This document shows positions 56,437 to 64,000 of a stretch of DNA of 64,000 bases, in pieces (position 1 is the first letter of the stretch; every line of letters begins with the position of its first letter). A program made the translations under genes and the position numbers. The notes beneath the pieces were generated by a model that did not search any database, was not told where the DNA came from, and was given only the letters and a program-made list of their open reading frames with translations. The DNA is from Methylocella sp. (GTDB taxonomy: Bacteria > Pseudomonadota > Alphaproteobacteria > Rhizobiales > Beijerinckiaceae), in assembly GCA_050728655.1 (NCBI GenBank), contig JBOHJQ010000001.1, positions 7,146 through 71,145 on the forward strand, read 5' to 3'.

Positions 56437-58296
56437 ATGCCGCGCAAGACCACCAGCAAATCCCTCAGCATGTTCCGCAAGGCGCAAACCAGCGCGAAGT
56501 CGAAGCAAGCGGCCGGACTCGGCGATCTGCCGGAGTGGAACCTCGACGACCTCTATCCGTCGATGGATTCGCAAGCCTTCGCGGGCGACCTCGCCAAGGC
56601 AGCCGCCGAATGCACCGCCTTCAACGCCGCCTACAAAGGTAAGCTCGAAGCGCTGGCCAAGAAAGCTTCCGGCGCGGGGCTTCTTGAAGCGATCCGGCGT
56701 TACGAGGCATTGGAAGATCTTTTGGGGCGCATCATGGCCTATGCTGGGCTCGTCTATGCCGAGGATACAACCGACCCGGCGCGAATGAAATTCTATGGCG
56801 ACGCGCAGGAAAGAGTCACCAATGCCTCCACCGATCTTTTGTTCTTCGAGCTCGAATTGAACCGGCTCGACGACGGTCTCGCGGCGAAAGTGGCGGCGGG
56901 GCTGCTCAGGCATTATAGGCCCTGGCTCGAAGACATCCGCAAGGGCAAGCCATACCAGCTCGAAGATAAGCTCGAGCAATTGTTCCATGAAAAATCGATC
57001 ACCGGTTATGGCGCCTGGAACCGGCTGTTCGACGAGACAATCGCGAGCTTGCGCTTTGACGTCGATGGCAAGAAGCTCGCGATCGAGCCGGTGCTCAATC
57101 TGATGCAGGACCCGGACGAGAAGACAAGGGCGAAGGCCGCGATTGCGTTTGGCGCGGGCCTCAAGCAAAACCTGCGAACGTTCGCGCTCGTCACCAACAC
57201 GCTTTCGAAGGACAAGGAGATTTCCGACCGCTGGCGCGGTTTTAAGGACGTGGCGGACGCCAGGCATCTCGCCAACCGGGTCGAGCGCGACGTCGTCGAT
57301 GCGCTGGTTTCCGCCGTGCGCGCCGCCTATCCGCGCCTGTCGCATCGCTATTATCGCCTCAAGGCCAAATGGTTCGGCAAGCCCGCGCTCAAGCATTGGG
57401 ACCGCAACGCGCCGCTGCCGCAGGTCCCGGCGAAGGTCTACCCTTGGGATGACGCGCGGGACATCGTGCTTGATGCCTACGACGGTTTCTCGCCGAAGAT
57501 GGCGGGCATCGCTAAACGTTTTTTCGACGAGCGCTGGATCGACGCGCCAGTGCGGCCGGGTAAGCAGCCGGGCGCCTTCGCGCATCCAACGGTGCCCTCC
57601 GCGCATCCGTACGTGCTGATGAACTATCAGGGCAAGCCGCGCGACGTGATGACACTCGCGCATGAACTCGGCCATGGCGTGCATCAGGTTTTGGCCGGCC
57701 CCAACGGCGCGCTCATGGCGCCGACGCCTTTGACCTTGGCCGAAACCGCGTCGGTCTTTGGCGAAATGGTGACCTTCCGCGCCTTGCTTCTGCGCACGGC
57801 GAATGCCGCGCAGCGCCGCGCCCTGCTCGCCGCCAAGGTCGAGGACATGCTGAATACGGTGGTGCGGCAGATCGCTTTCTATTCCTTCGAACGCAAGCTG
57901 CACGTCGAGCGGCGCAATGGCGAGCTAACGGCGGCGCAAATCTGCGGCCTGTGGATGAGCGAGCAGGCCGAAAGCCTCGGGCCGGCGATCGAGCTTGGCA
58001 ACGATTACGAGACCTATTGGGCCTATATCCCGCATTTCGTCCACTCGCCCTTTTATGTCTACGCCTATGCGTTCGGCGATTGTCTCGTGAATTCCCTCTA
58101 TGGCATCTATCAGGGCGCGCGCGAAGGCTTTGCCGAACGCTACCTCGCCATGCTTGCGGCGGGTGGGACCAAGCATCATTCAGAATTGCTCGCGCCGTTT
58201 GGGCTTGACGCGCGCGACCCCGCCTTCTGGCACATCGGCCTGAAGATGATCGAGGGAATGATCGCCGATCTCGAAGGTTTGGAAGGAAGGGCCTGA
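56437..58296 (+). CDS. pepF: M3-family oligoendopeptidase (PepF-like)
   Basis: HELGHGVH (zinc HExxH) and the M3B-like length (619 aa) from the start MPRKTTSK. AGGAA is upstream. The track ORF starts earlier at 56203. Confidence 0.88.
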   Translation: MPRKTTSKSLSMFRKAQTSAKSKQAAGLGDLPEWNLDDLYPSMDSQAFAGDLAKAAAECTAFNAAYKGKLEALAKKASGAGLLEAIRRYEALEDLLGRIMAYAGLVYAEDTTDPARMKFYGDAQERVTNASTDLLFFELELNRLDDGLAAKVAAGLLRHYRPWLEDIRKGKPYQLEDKLEQLFHEKSITGYGAWNRLFDETIASLRFDVDGKKLAIEPVLNLMQDPDEKTRAKAAIAFGAGLKQNLRTFALVTNTLSKDKEISDRWRGFKDVADARHLANRVERDVVDALVSAVRAAYPRLSHRYYRLKAKWFGKPALKHWDRNAPLPQVPAKVYPWDDARDIVLDAYDGFSPKMAGIAKRFFDERWIDAPVRPGKQPGAFAHPTVPSAHPYVLMNYQGKPRDVMTLAHELGHGVHQVLAGPNGALMAPTPLTLAETASVFGEMVTFRALLLRTANAAQRRALLAAKVEDMLNTVVRQIAFYSFERKLHVERRNGELTAAQICGLWMSEQAESLGPAIELGNDYETYWAYIPHFVHSPFYVYAYAFGDCLVNSLYGIYQGAREGFAERYLAMLAAGGTKHHSELLAPFGLDARDPAFWHIGLKMIEGMIADLEGLEGRA

Positions 58297-58312
58297 CGCA
58301 CGCGATCCCGCC

Positions 58313-59347
58313 TTACCGCACGAAACCCAAAATATCCTTCACGCACGCCATGTTCTGCGCGGCCACCGCGTGTGCGCGCGCGGCGCCATCGACGAGAACG
58401 CCGTCGATAAAGGCGGGATCGTCCTTGAGGCGTTGCATCTCGGCGCCGATCGGCCCGAGCTTTGCCACCGCGAGATCGACAAGCGCCGATTTGAACGCCG
58501 AGAAATTGCCGCCACCGAAAACCTTCAAGACATCCTGCTTCGTCTCGCCATTGAGCGCGGCAAAAATGCCGATAAGATTTTCGGCTTCCGGCCGCTGCTT
58601 GAGCCCTTCGACTTCGGAAGGGAGCGCGTCCGGGTCGGTCTTCGCCTTGCGGATTTTTTGCGCGATCGTGCTGGCATCGTCGGACAGATTGATCCGCGAA
58701 TACTCCGACGGGTCCGACTTCGACATTTTTTTCGAACCGTCGCGGAGACTCATGACGCGGGTGGCCGGCCCTTGAATGAGCGGCTCCGGCAATGGGAAAA
58801 ACGCCTCGCCATGACCATTGGCCGCGATCGAGGCGGCAAAATCGAGATTGAATTTTTGCGCGATGTCGCGGGCAAGCTCGAGATGTTGCTTTTGGTCCTC
58901 GCCAACCGGGACATGGGTCGCGCGATAGGCAAGAATATCGGCGGCCATCAGGCACGGATAGGCATAAAGCCCAACCGAGGCGTTCTCGCGGTCTTTTCCC
59001 GCCTTCTCCTTGAATTGCGTCATGCGATTGAGCCAGCCGAGGCGCGCCACGCAATTAAACACCCAGGCGAGCTCGGCATGCTCGCCAACCTGGCTCTGGT
59101 TGAACACAATGTGTTTTTTGGGATCGATGCCGCAGGCGATGAAGGCCGCCGTCACTTCCCTTATGCTCGCCTTCAATTCGTCCGGCTTTTGCGGCAGCGT
59201 GATCGCGTGAAGGTCAACCACGCAATAGATGCAGGCGTGGGTTTTTTGCAGCTCGACGAATTTCGCGATCGCGCCGAGATAATTTCCAAGATGCAGATTC
59301 CCCGTCGGCTGCACGCCGGAAAAAACCCGTTCAACGAACTTTGCCAT
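58313..59347 (-). CDS. trpS: Tryptophan--tRNA ligase
   Basis: [16 protein letters not shown] (HIGH-type) and KMSKSDP (KMSKS), in a 344-aa ORF. Confidence 0.95.
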   Translation of the reverse strand: MAKFVERVFSGVQPTGNLHLGNYLGAIAKFVELQKTHACIYCVVDLHAITLPQKPDELKASIREVTAAFIACGIDPKKHIVFNQSQVGEHAELAWVFNCVARLGWLNRMTQFKEKAGKDRENASVGLYAYPCLMAADILAYRATHVPVGEDQKQHLELARDIAQKFNLDFAASIAANGHGEAFFPLPEPLIQGPATRVMSLRDGSKKMSKSDPSEYSRINLSDDASTIAQKIRKAKTDPDALPSEVEGLKQRPEAENLIGIFAALNGETKQDVLKVFGGGNFSAFKSALVDLAVAKLGPIGAEMQRLKDDPAFIDGVLVDGAARAHAVAAQNMACVKDILGFVR

Positions 59348-59451
59348 GTCAGAGAGACTCCCGAGCTCGGGCTAGCAGCCTGGTTTATTATGCTGCCTTG
59401 AGGGGTGGCAAGGGCAATACCCAGCCAATAGATTTATCCTTTCACGATTGA

Positions 59452-60084
59452 GTGGAGAGAAGCTTGAGCAAAGGAAATGGTATCCTCGGCGGAACAGCCA
59501 TTGTGACTGATGTCATGGCGGCACTTAGCATCCCTGGATCGGCAACGCTTGGACTTGCCGTTAGCAGGGCATTGCAGCGTCGCAAACAAGCAGCAATTGA
59601 ATTACTGCTTGCCGAAATCGCCAAGGGGAAGAGAGAAGGCATCGAATTCTCGAATGGTGACGCGGACGAATTGGTACAGATGCTGCTTCGTTTTTCAAGC
59701 GCTGTTGACGCCGGAGCCGCGCGCCAAAATTTGCGCTTGTTGGCTCAAGTCATCTTCGGATTGAAGCGCAACAAGACGTTTGAATATGACAAATTTTCAA
59801 AATGGGCCAACATTCTCCAATCACTAACAAGAAATGAGATTCTGTTTCTCGGCGCTGCGTATGGCATCATCAACGAAACACCAGACGAGTTCTGGAAGAA
59901 AATTAGGGAAAGCCTTTCCAGCAATTTTTCATCCGATGAATGCAACGAAGTTGCGGCAGCGCTGACACGAACAGGATTGATATTGCCAGTTTCTGCCTAT
60001 GGCAGATTGGCCTACGTCGCAAGCACTGCGCTGAAAGAATTGGGCCAATTGGCCGAAATCGAGCCGACCTCTCCAGACCTTTAA
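59452..60084 (+). CDS. Low-GC orphan hypothetical protein
   Basis: 210-aa ORF (GTG start with no clear SD, so the start is uncertain). Its A/T-ending codons (aaa, gaa, att, ttt) are visibly unlike the flanking genes. No family was recognised. Confidence 0.55.
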   Translation: MERSLSKGNGILGGTAIVTDVMAALSIPGSATLGLAVSRALQRRKQAAIELLLAEIAKGKREGIEFSNGDADELVQMLLRFSSAVDAGAARQNLRLLAQVIFGLKRNKTFEYDKFSKWANILQSLTRNEILFLGAAYGIINETPDEFWKKIRESLSSNFSSDECNEVAAALTRTGLILPVSAYGRLAYVASTALKELGQLAEIEPTSPDL

Positions 60085-60105
60085 GACCGATCGATGAGTG
60101 AACTG

Positions 60106-61413
60106 CTAAAGAATGAACCGGCTCAAATCGGCGTTCCGCGCGAGGTCGCCGATGTTTTTCTCGACGAACGCCGCATCGATTTCGATCCTCTCGCCGAACC
60201 GGTCGGACGCGGTGAAGCTCACCTCGTCGAGGACGCGTTCCATCACCGTCTGTAACCGTCGCGCGCCGATATTTTCGACCGAGGAATTGACCTGCACCGC
60301 GATTCGCGCCACCGCGTAGATCGCTTCCGGCGTGAACGAAAGCTCGACCCCCTCCGTGCGCAGAAGAGCTTCGTATTGCTTGATGAGGCATGCTTCGGTT
60401 TCGGTGAGGATGCGGCGGAAATCATCCTCGTTCAAGGGCGACAGTTCGACTCTTATCGGTAGCCGCCCCTGCAATTCGGGAAGCAGATCGGACGGTTTCG
60501 AGGCATGGAAGGCGCCCGAGGCGATGAACAGGATGTGATCGGTCTTCACCGTGCCATGCTTGGTCGCGACCGTGGTGCCTTCGATGAGCGGGAGCAGATC
60601 GCGTTGCACGCCCTCGCGCGAGACATCGCCGCCGCCACGCCCCTCGCGCGCGCAAATCTTGTCGATCTCGTCGAGAAACACGATCCCGTTGTTTTCGACC
60701 TCCCGGATCGCTTCCTGAATGATCTGATCCTGATCGATCATCTTGTCGCTTTCCTCGACGATCAAGGGGGCGTGGGCGTCCTTGACCGTGGTGCGCCGCG
60801 GTTTTGCGCGATTGCCGAGCGCCTTGCCGAAAATATCGCCGATCGAAATCGCGCCGATCGCCGAGCCCGGCATGTTTGGCAATTCGAACATCGGCATCGA
60901 CGACGCGGTTTGCGTAATCTCGATCTCGATTTCCTTGTCGTCGAGTTCGCCCGCCCGCAACCTCTTGCGGAAGCTTTCACGCGTGGACGCCGACGCGCTG
61001 GTTCCGACGAGTGCGTCCAAGACCCTCTCTTCCGCGGCCAGCTGCGCGCGAGCCTGGACCGATTTGCGCTTTTCTACCTTCATCATCGTGATCGCGGTCT
61101 CGACGAGATCGCGGACGATCTGCTCGACATCGCGGCCGACATAGCCGACCTCGGTGAATTTCGTCGCCTCTACTTTGAGAAAGGGCGCACCTGCGAGCTT
61201 GGCGAGGCGGCGGGAAATCTCGGTCTTGCCGCAACCGGTCGGCCCGATCATCAAAATGTTCTTCGGCAGCACCTCTTCGCGCATCGCGCCTTCGAGGCGC
61301 AGCCGGCGCCAGCGGTTGCGAAGCGCGATCGCTACGGCGTGTTTGGCGTCCTTTTGTCCGACGATAAAACGGTCGAGTTCGGAAACAATTTCACGCGGAG
61401 AAAAATCGGTCAT
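60106..61413 (-). CDS. hslU: ATP-dependent protease ATPase subunit HslU
   Basis: The start is at [20 protein letters not shown]. Walker A is [12 protein letters not shown], and [11 protein letters not shown] and FIASGAF are present. The track ORF extends 41 codons upstream. Confidence 0.95.
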   Translation of the reverse strand: MTDFSPREIVSELDRFIVGQKDAKHAVAIALRNRWRRLRLEGAMREEVLPKNILMIGPTGCGKTEISRRLAKLAGAPFLKVEATKFTEVGYVGRDVEQIVRDLVETAITMMKVEKRKSVQARAQLAAEERVLDALVGTSASASTRESFRKRLRAGELDDKEIEIEITQTASSMPMFELPNMPGSAIGAISIGDIFGKALGNRAKPRRTTVKDAHAPLIVEESDKMIDQDQIIQEAIREVENNGIVFLDEIDKICAREGRGGGDVSREGVQRDLLPLIEGTTVATKHGTVKTDHILFIASGAFHASKPSDLLPELQGRLPIRVELSPLNEDDFRRILTETEACLIKQYEALLRTEGVELSFTPEAIYAVARIAVQVNSSVENIGARRLQTVMERVLDEVSFTASDRFGERIEIDAAFVEKNIGDLARNADLSRFIL

Positions 61414-61438
61414 TTGAGGCTTTCCTACTGCCGCGCGG

Positions 61439-62011
61439 TTATTTCGAGGCAATCGATTCGAGCACGAATTTATCGTTGGTATAGACGCAAATGCCGGCCG
61501 CGATTTCGAGCGCGCGGCGGGCGATCGCCTCGGCATCGAGATCGGTCGAAAGCAGCGCGCGGCCCGCGGCGAGCGCGTAATTGCCGCCAGACCCGATCCC
61601 CATCACGCTGCCATCGCCGGTGGACTCCGGTTCGAGCACGTCACCGGTTCCGGTTAGAACGAGAGCCGCCTCGGCGTCGGCGACGAGCATCATCGCCTCG
61701 AGCCGGCGCAAATAGCGGTCGGTGCGCCAATCCTTGGCGAGTTCCACGCAGGCGCGCATGAGCTGGCCTGGATATTGTTCGAGTCTCGTTTCGAGACGCT
61801 CGAACAGGGTGAAGGCGTCGGCGGTCGCGCCGGCGAAGCCGCCGATCACTTCGCCCTTGGCTAGTCTACGAACTTTTTTTGCATTGCCCTTGACAATGGT
61901 CTGCCCGATCGAGACCTGGCCGTCGCCGCCGATCACCGTGCGGCCGCCTTTCTTAACCATGACGATCGTGGTCGCGTGAAACCCTTCCCGTCCGGACGGA
62001 ATATCTTGCAT
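61439..62011 (-). CDS. hslV: ATP-dependent protease subunit HslV
   Basis: The start is at [23 protein letters not shown], which includes the N-terminal Thr nucleophile context TTIV. GDGQVS and GSGGNYA are also present. Confidence 0.95.
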   Translation of the reverse strand: MQDIPSGREGFHATTIVMVKKGGRTVIGGDGQVSIGQTIVKGNAKKVRRLAKGEVIGGFAGATADAFTLFERLETRLEQYPGQLMRACVELAKDWRTDRYLRRLEAMMLVADAEAALVLTGTGDVLEPESTGDGSVMGIGSGGNYALAAGRALLSTDLDAEAIARRALEIAAGICVYTNDKFVLESIASK

Positions 62012-62073
62012 GAAACTTCTCAATAATCGCCCGGCCCCGCGCGGCGCGGGCAAGGAAAGGTTTGGCCGTTTTC

Positions 62074-62102
62074 ATCTATGGGCTTGCGCCAAGCGATGCA
62101 AG
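62074..62102 (-). promoter_or_regulatory. Candidate sigma-32 (RpoH) heat-shock promoter of hslVU
   Basis: The minus strand reads CTTGCAT-N13-CCCATAGA, compared with the E. coli-type consensus CTTGAAA-N13/14-CCCCATNT. It lies ~60-90 nt upstream of the hslV ATG. hslVU is a classical heat-shock operon. Confidence 0.35.
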
Positions 62103-62309
62103 TGCGGCGATAGGTGGCGTGACCGGCGGTGGGGAGGGACCCATGCGGGCAACCGGCCTCGGCAAGAGGCCGATGCTCTTTCCCGGCCGCGCGATGTTTT
62201 TTGAGCCGGGCGTCACCTAGGCGGCATTCAGGGGTGTGTGTAGACTAGTTGGCGAATGAATTTTTTGAGTGATACAGCTTGAATTCTCCTTAGCTGCGAG
62301 AGGTGCGCC

Positions 62310-63017
62310 ATGAAGCGGTTCCGCCCCATTTTTATTGCCGCCGCGTTCATCGCGTGGCGCGGCATAGCGCCGTCCGCCGCCGAATCGAACCCGAAGGATT
62401 GCAATGGCATCGACTTTGATGTGAAACGTCCGCTCGTCGCCTCCAAGGTGACAGCCAAGCGCGCCTATTTCGTGAAGAACGCGGGGGAAGATGCTTCCTG
62501 CCCGGCCGAGGATGCGGCGTGCCGGGACAAAGCGTATCTGGTGCAAGGCGATGTGGCGCTGACCGGCAAAACGCTCGGGCCTTATACCTGTGTCTCCTAT
62601 CAGTCGCCGCGCGACCGCAAGCAAATTTGGACGAGCGGCTGGATGCTATCCTCGGCCTTGTCGCCCATCGCGCCCAATCCGTCTCCCAAGTTGAGGGATT
62701 GGATCGGCACCTGGTCGTTGCATGGCGAAATCACGATCTCCCGTGGCAAGCGCGGCAGTCTCGCGATCACGGGGCTACAAGTCTACACCTTCCCGGCGAC
62801 TGGGGACACGTCCAACGGCGAACTCGGAGCCGAAGCCAGGCCGGCTGGCGGGATTCTCGCCTTCGCCGACGATGGCAGCATTCCATTCGACAAGGCTGAA
62901 GAGGGCGATTGCCAAGTCCGGATGCAGTTGATCGGCGCATTGCTCCTCGTCGAGGACAATGACATGTGCGGCGGCATCGCGATATCCTTCACGGGTTTCT
63001 ATCGTCGAAAGCGTTGA
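62310..63017 (+). CDS. Secreted hypothetical protein
   Basis: GAGAGG is upstream of the ATG and the signal-like N-terminus is MKRFRPIFIAAAFIAWRGIAPSAAE. It has several Cys residues. No family was recognised. Confidence 0.6.
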   Translation: MKRFRPIFIAAAFIAWRGIAPSAAESNPKDCNGIDFDVKRPLVASKVTAKRAYFVKNAGEDASCPAEDAACRDKAYLVQGDVALTGKTLGPYTCVSYQSPRDRKQIWTSGWMLSSALSPIAPNPSPKLRDWIGTWSLHGEITISRGKRGSLAITGLQVYTFPATGDTSNGELGAEARPAGGILAFADDGSIPFDKAEEGDCQVRMQLIGALLLVEDNDMCGGIAISFTGFYRRKR

Positions 63018-63052
63018 CGACCCGCCCGCGCATCCTCCGCGATCGGCCGCAT

Positions 63053-63814
63053 TCATTGCGGCTTGCCCCGGAACCGGCGCTGGTAGTCTTTGTCATAGAG
63101 GGCGCTTTCGCGAAAATCGCCGCGCGCCAAGACTTGCCCGACGAGGATCAGCGCGGTGCGCTCGATCGGCGTCGCCGCGACCATTCCGGCGATGGTCGCG
63201 AGCGTCCCCTTAAGAATCGTTTGATCCGGCCATGAGGCGCGAAACACGATCGCGACCGGGCAGTCGGCGCCATAATGCGGCGTCAATTCGGCCGCGATCC
63301 GCTCGATCGCATGGATCGAGAGATGAATGGCGAGGGTCGTTCGCGTGGCCGCGAAAGCCGCGAGCTTTTCATGCTCAGGCATCGCGGAGGCGCGTCCCTG
63401 GATGCGCGTCAGAACCAGGGATTGCGCCAGTTCCGGCAGAGTGAGTTCGACGCCCAAGGCGGCGGCGGCGGCGGCGAAAGCCGGAACGCCAGGCGTGATC
63501 GTGTAGGGAAGTGCGAGCTGGTCCAGCACGCGAATTTGTTCGCCCAAGGCGCTCCATATCGAAAGATCGCCCGAATGCAGGCGCGCAACATCCTCTCCGG
63601 CGCGATGCGCGCGCAAAAATTCGGCGCCGATCTCGTCGAGGCTCAGCGGGGCCGTATCGACGATGCGGGCGCCCTTGGGACAATGTTCGAGCAGCGCGCG
63701 CGGCACGAGAGAGCCGGCGAAGAGGCACACGGGCGAACGGGCGATCAGATCGCGCCCACGCAAGGTGATGAGATCGGGGGCGCCAGGCCCCGCGCCGATG
63801 AAGTGAACGGTCAT
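63053..63814 (-). CDS. cobM: Precorrin-4 C11-methyltransferase
   Basis: [38 protein letters not shown] is the typical CobM/CbiF N-terminus, part of a tetrapyrrole methylase fold, in a 253-aa ORF. Confidence 0.92.
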   Translation of the reverse strand: MTVHFIGAGPGAPDLITLRGRDLIARSPVCLFAGSLVPRALLEHCPKGARIVDTAPLSLDEIGAEFLRAHRAGEDVARLHSGDLSIWSALGEQIRVLDQLALPYTITPGVPAFAAAAAALGVELTLPELAQSLVLTRIQGRASAMPEHEKLAAFAATRTTLAIHLSIHAIERIAAELTPHYGADCPVAIVFRASWPDQTILKGTLATIAGMVAATPIERTALILVGQVLARGDFRESALYDKDYQRRFRGKPQ

Positions 63815-64000
63815 GGCTCTCTAGTGCCGGCGATCGCGCAGCTTGCGCACCCATCGCTCATGCGCGCGACGAGCAGGACGGACGAAGGCCCAGCCCCGGC
63901 AAGTGCTGCGGCCTCCGCGATCGACGGAAGCCCAAACATCGCCATCACTCTTGGCGAGTTCGTGACGGCGCGTAAAGAGGCTTGCCGCAAAACTTGGCCG
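63811..64000 (-). CDS. 3' end of a cobalamin-biosynthesis gene (CbiG C-terminal/CobE-like), 5'-truncated by the window edge
   Basis: The reverse translation ends ...[40 protein letters not shown], resembling the SVAEaaAL..AG...L...k......T.AiA end of CbiG/CobE. Its TGA overlaps the cobM ATG (ATGA). Confidence 0.45.
   Translation of the reverse strand, partial: GQVLRQASLRAVTNSPRVMAMFGLPSIAEAAALAGAGPSSVLLVARMSDGCASCAIAGTREP

Noticed and set aside
56371-57903. 510-aa minus-strand ORF inside pepF.
   Set aside because: It is antisense to an M3 peptidase gene carrying the HELGHGVH motif.
58370-59401. 343-aa plus-strand ORF over trpS.
   Set aside because: It is antisense to trpS, which carries HIGH and KMSKS motifs.
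60505-61761. 418-aa plus-strand ORF over hslU and hslV.
   Set aside because: It is antisense to hslU/hslV.

Overview
This is a GC-rich chromosomal window that looks alphaproteobacterial (Hyphomicrobiales/Rhizobiales type). The pointers are a GTTC-N7-GTTC LexA box upstream of imuA-imuB-dnaE2, a PodJ-like polarity factor, hslVU and cobM. Layout by region:

- **1-11.7 kb, minus strand:** a three-gene, translationally coupled hybrid NRPS-PKS assembly line (A-PCP | KS-AT-ACP-aminotransferase-C-A-PCP | C-PCP-TE). It runs off the left edge. This is the most interesting system I can support.
- **11.7-12.9 kb:** an AT-rich promoter gap and a scar of two unrelated gene fragments.
- **12.9-22.3 kb:** core carbohydrate genes: gnd, zwf, a HAD hydrolase, an internally deleted transaldolase relic, a DUF4239 gene, pgi, a class I aldolase and a GH3 beta-glucosidase.
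- **22.7-32.5 kb:** a visibly lower-GC polysaccharide locus with GT4, GT2 and GT26 glycosyltransferases, two methyltransferases, wecC, wecB and a divergent priming transferase.
- **33-41 kb:** secreted Gly-rich low-complexity proteins, a DUF1326/DUF2182 pair, DUF3597, a Zur-like regulator, bdhA and a patatin-like lipase.
- **42-45 kb:** a PodJ-like Sel1-repeat protein.
- **45.7-53.0 kb:** the SOS mutagenesis cassette with its LexA box, abutting a dinB relic.
- **53-56 kb:** a small membrane protein coupled to a secreted protein built from twelve 141-bp (47-aa) TPR-like repeats. A decayed paralog fragment of this gene sits at 37.9 kb.
- **56-64 kb:** housekeeping genes (pepF, trpS, hslVU, cobM) interrupted by one low-GC orphan gene.

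I found no rRNA, complete tRNA or CRISPR array by eye. All family assignments come from motif recognition in the translated ORFs, not from database searches.
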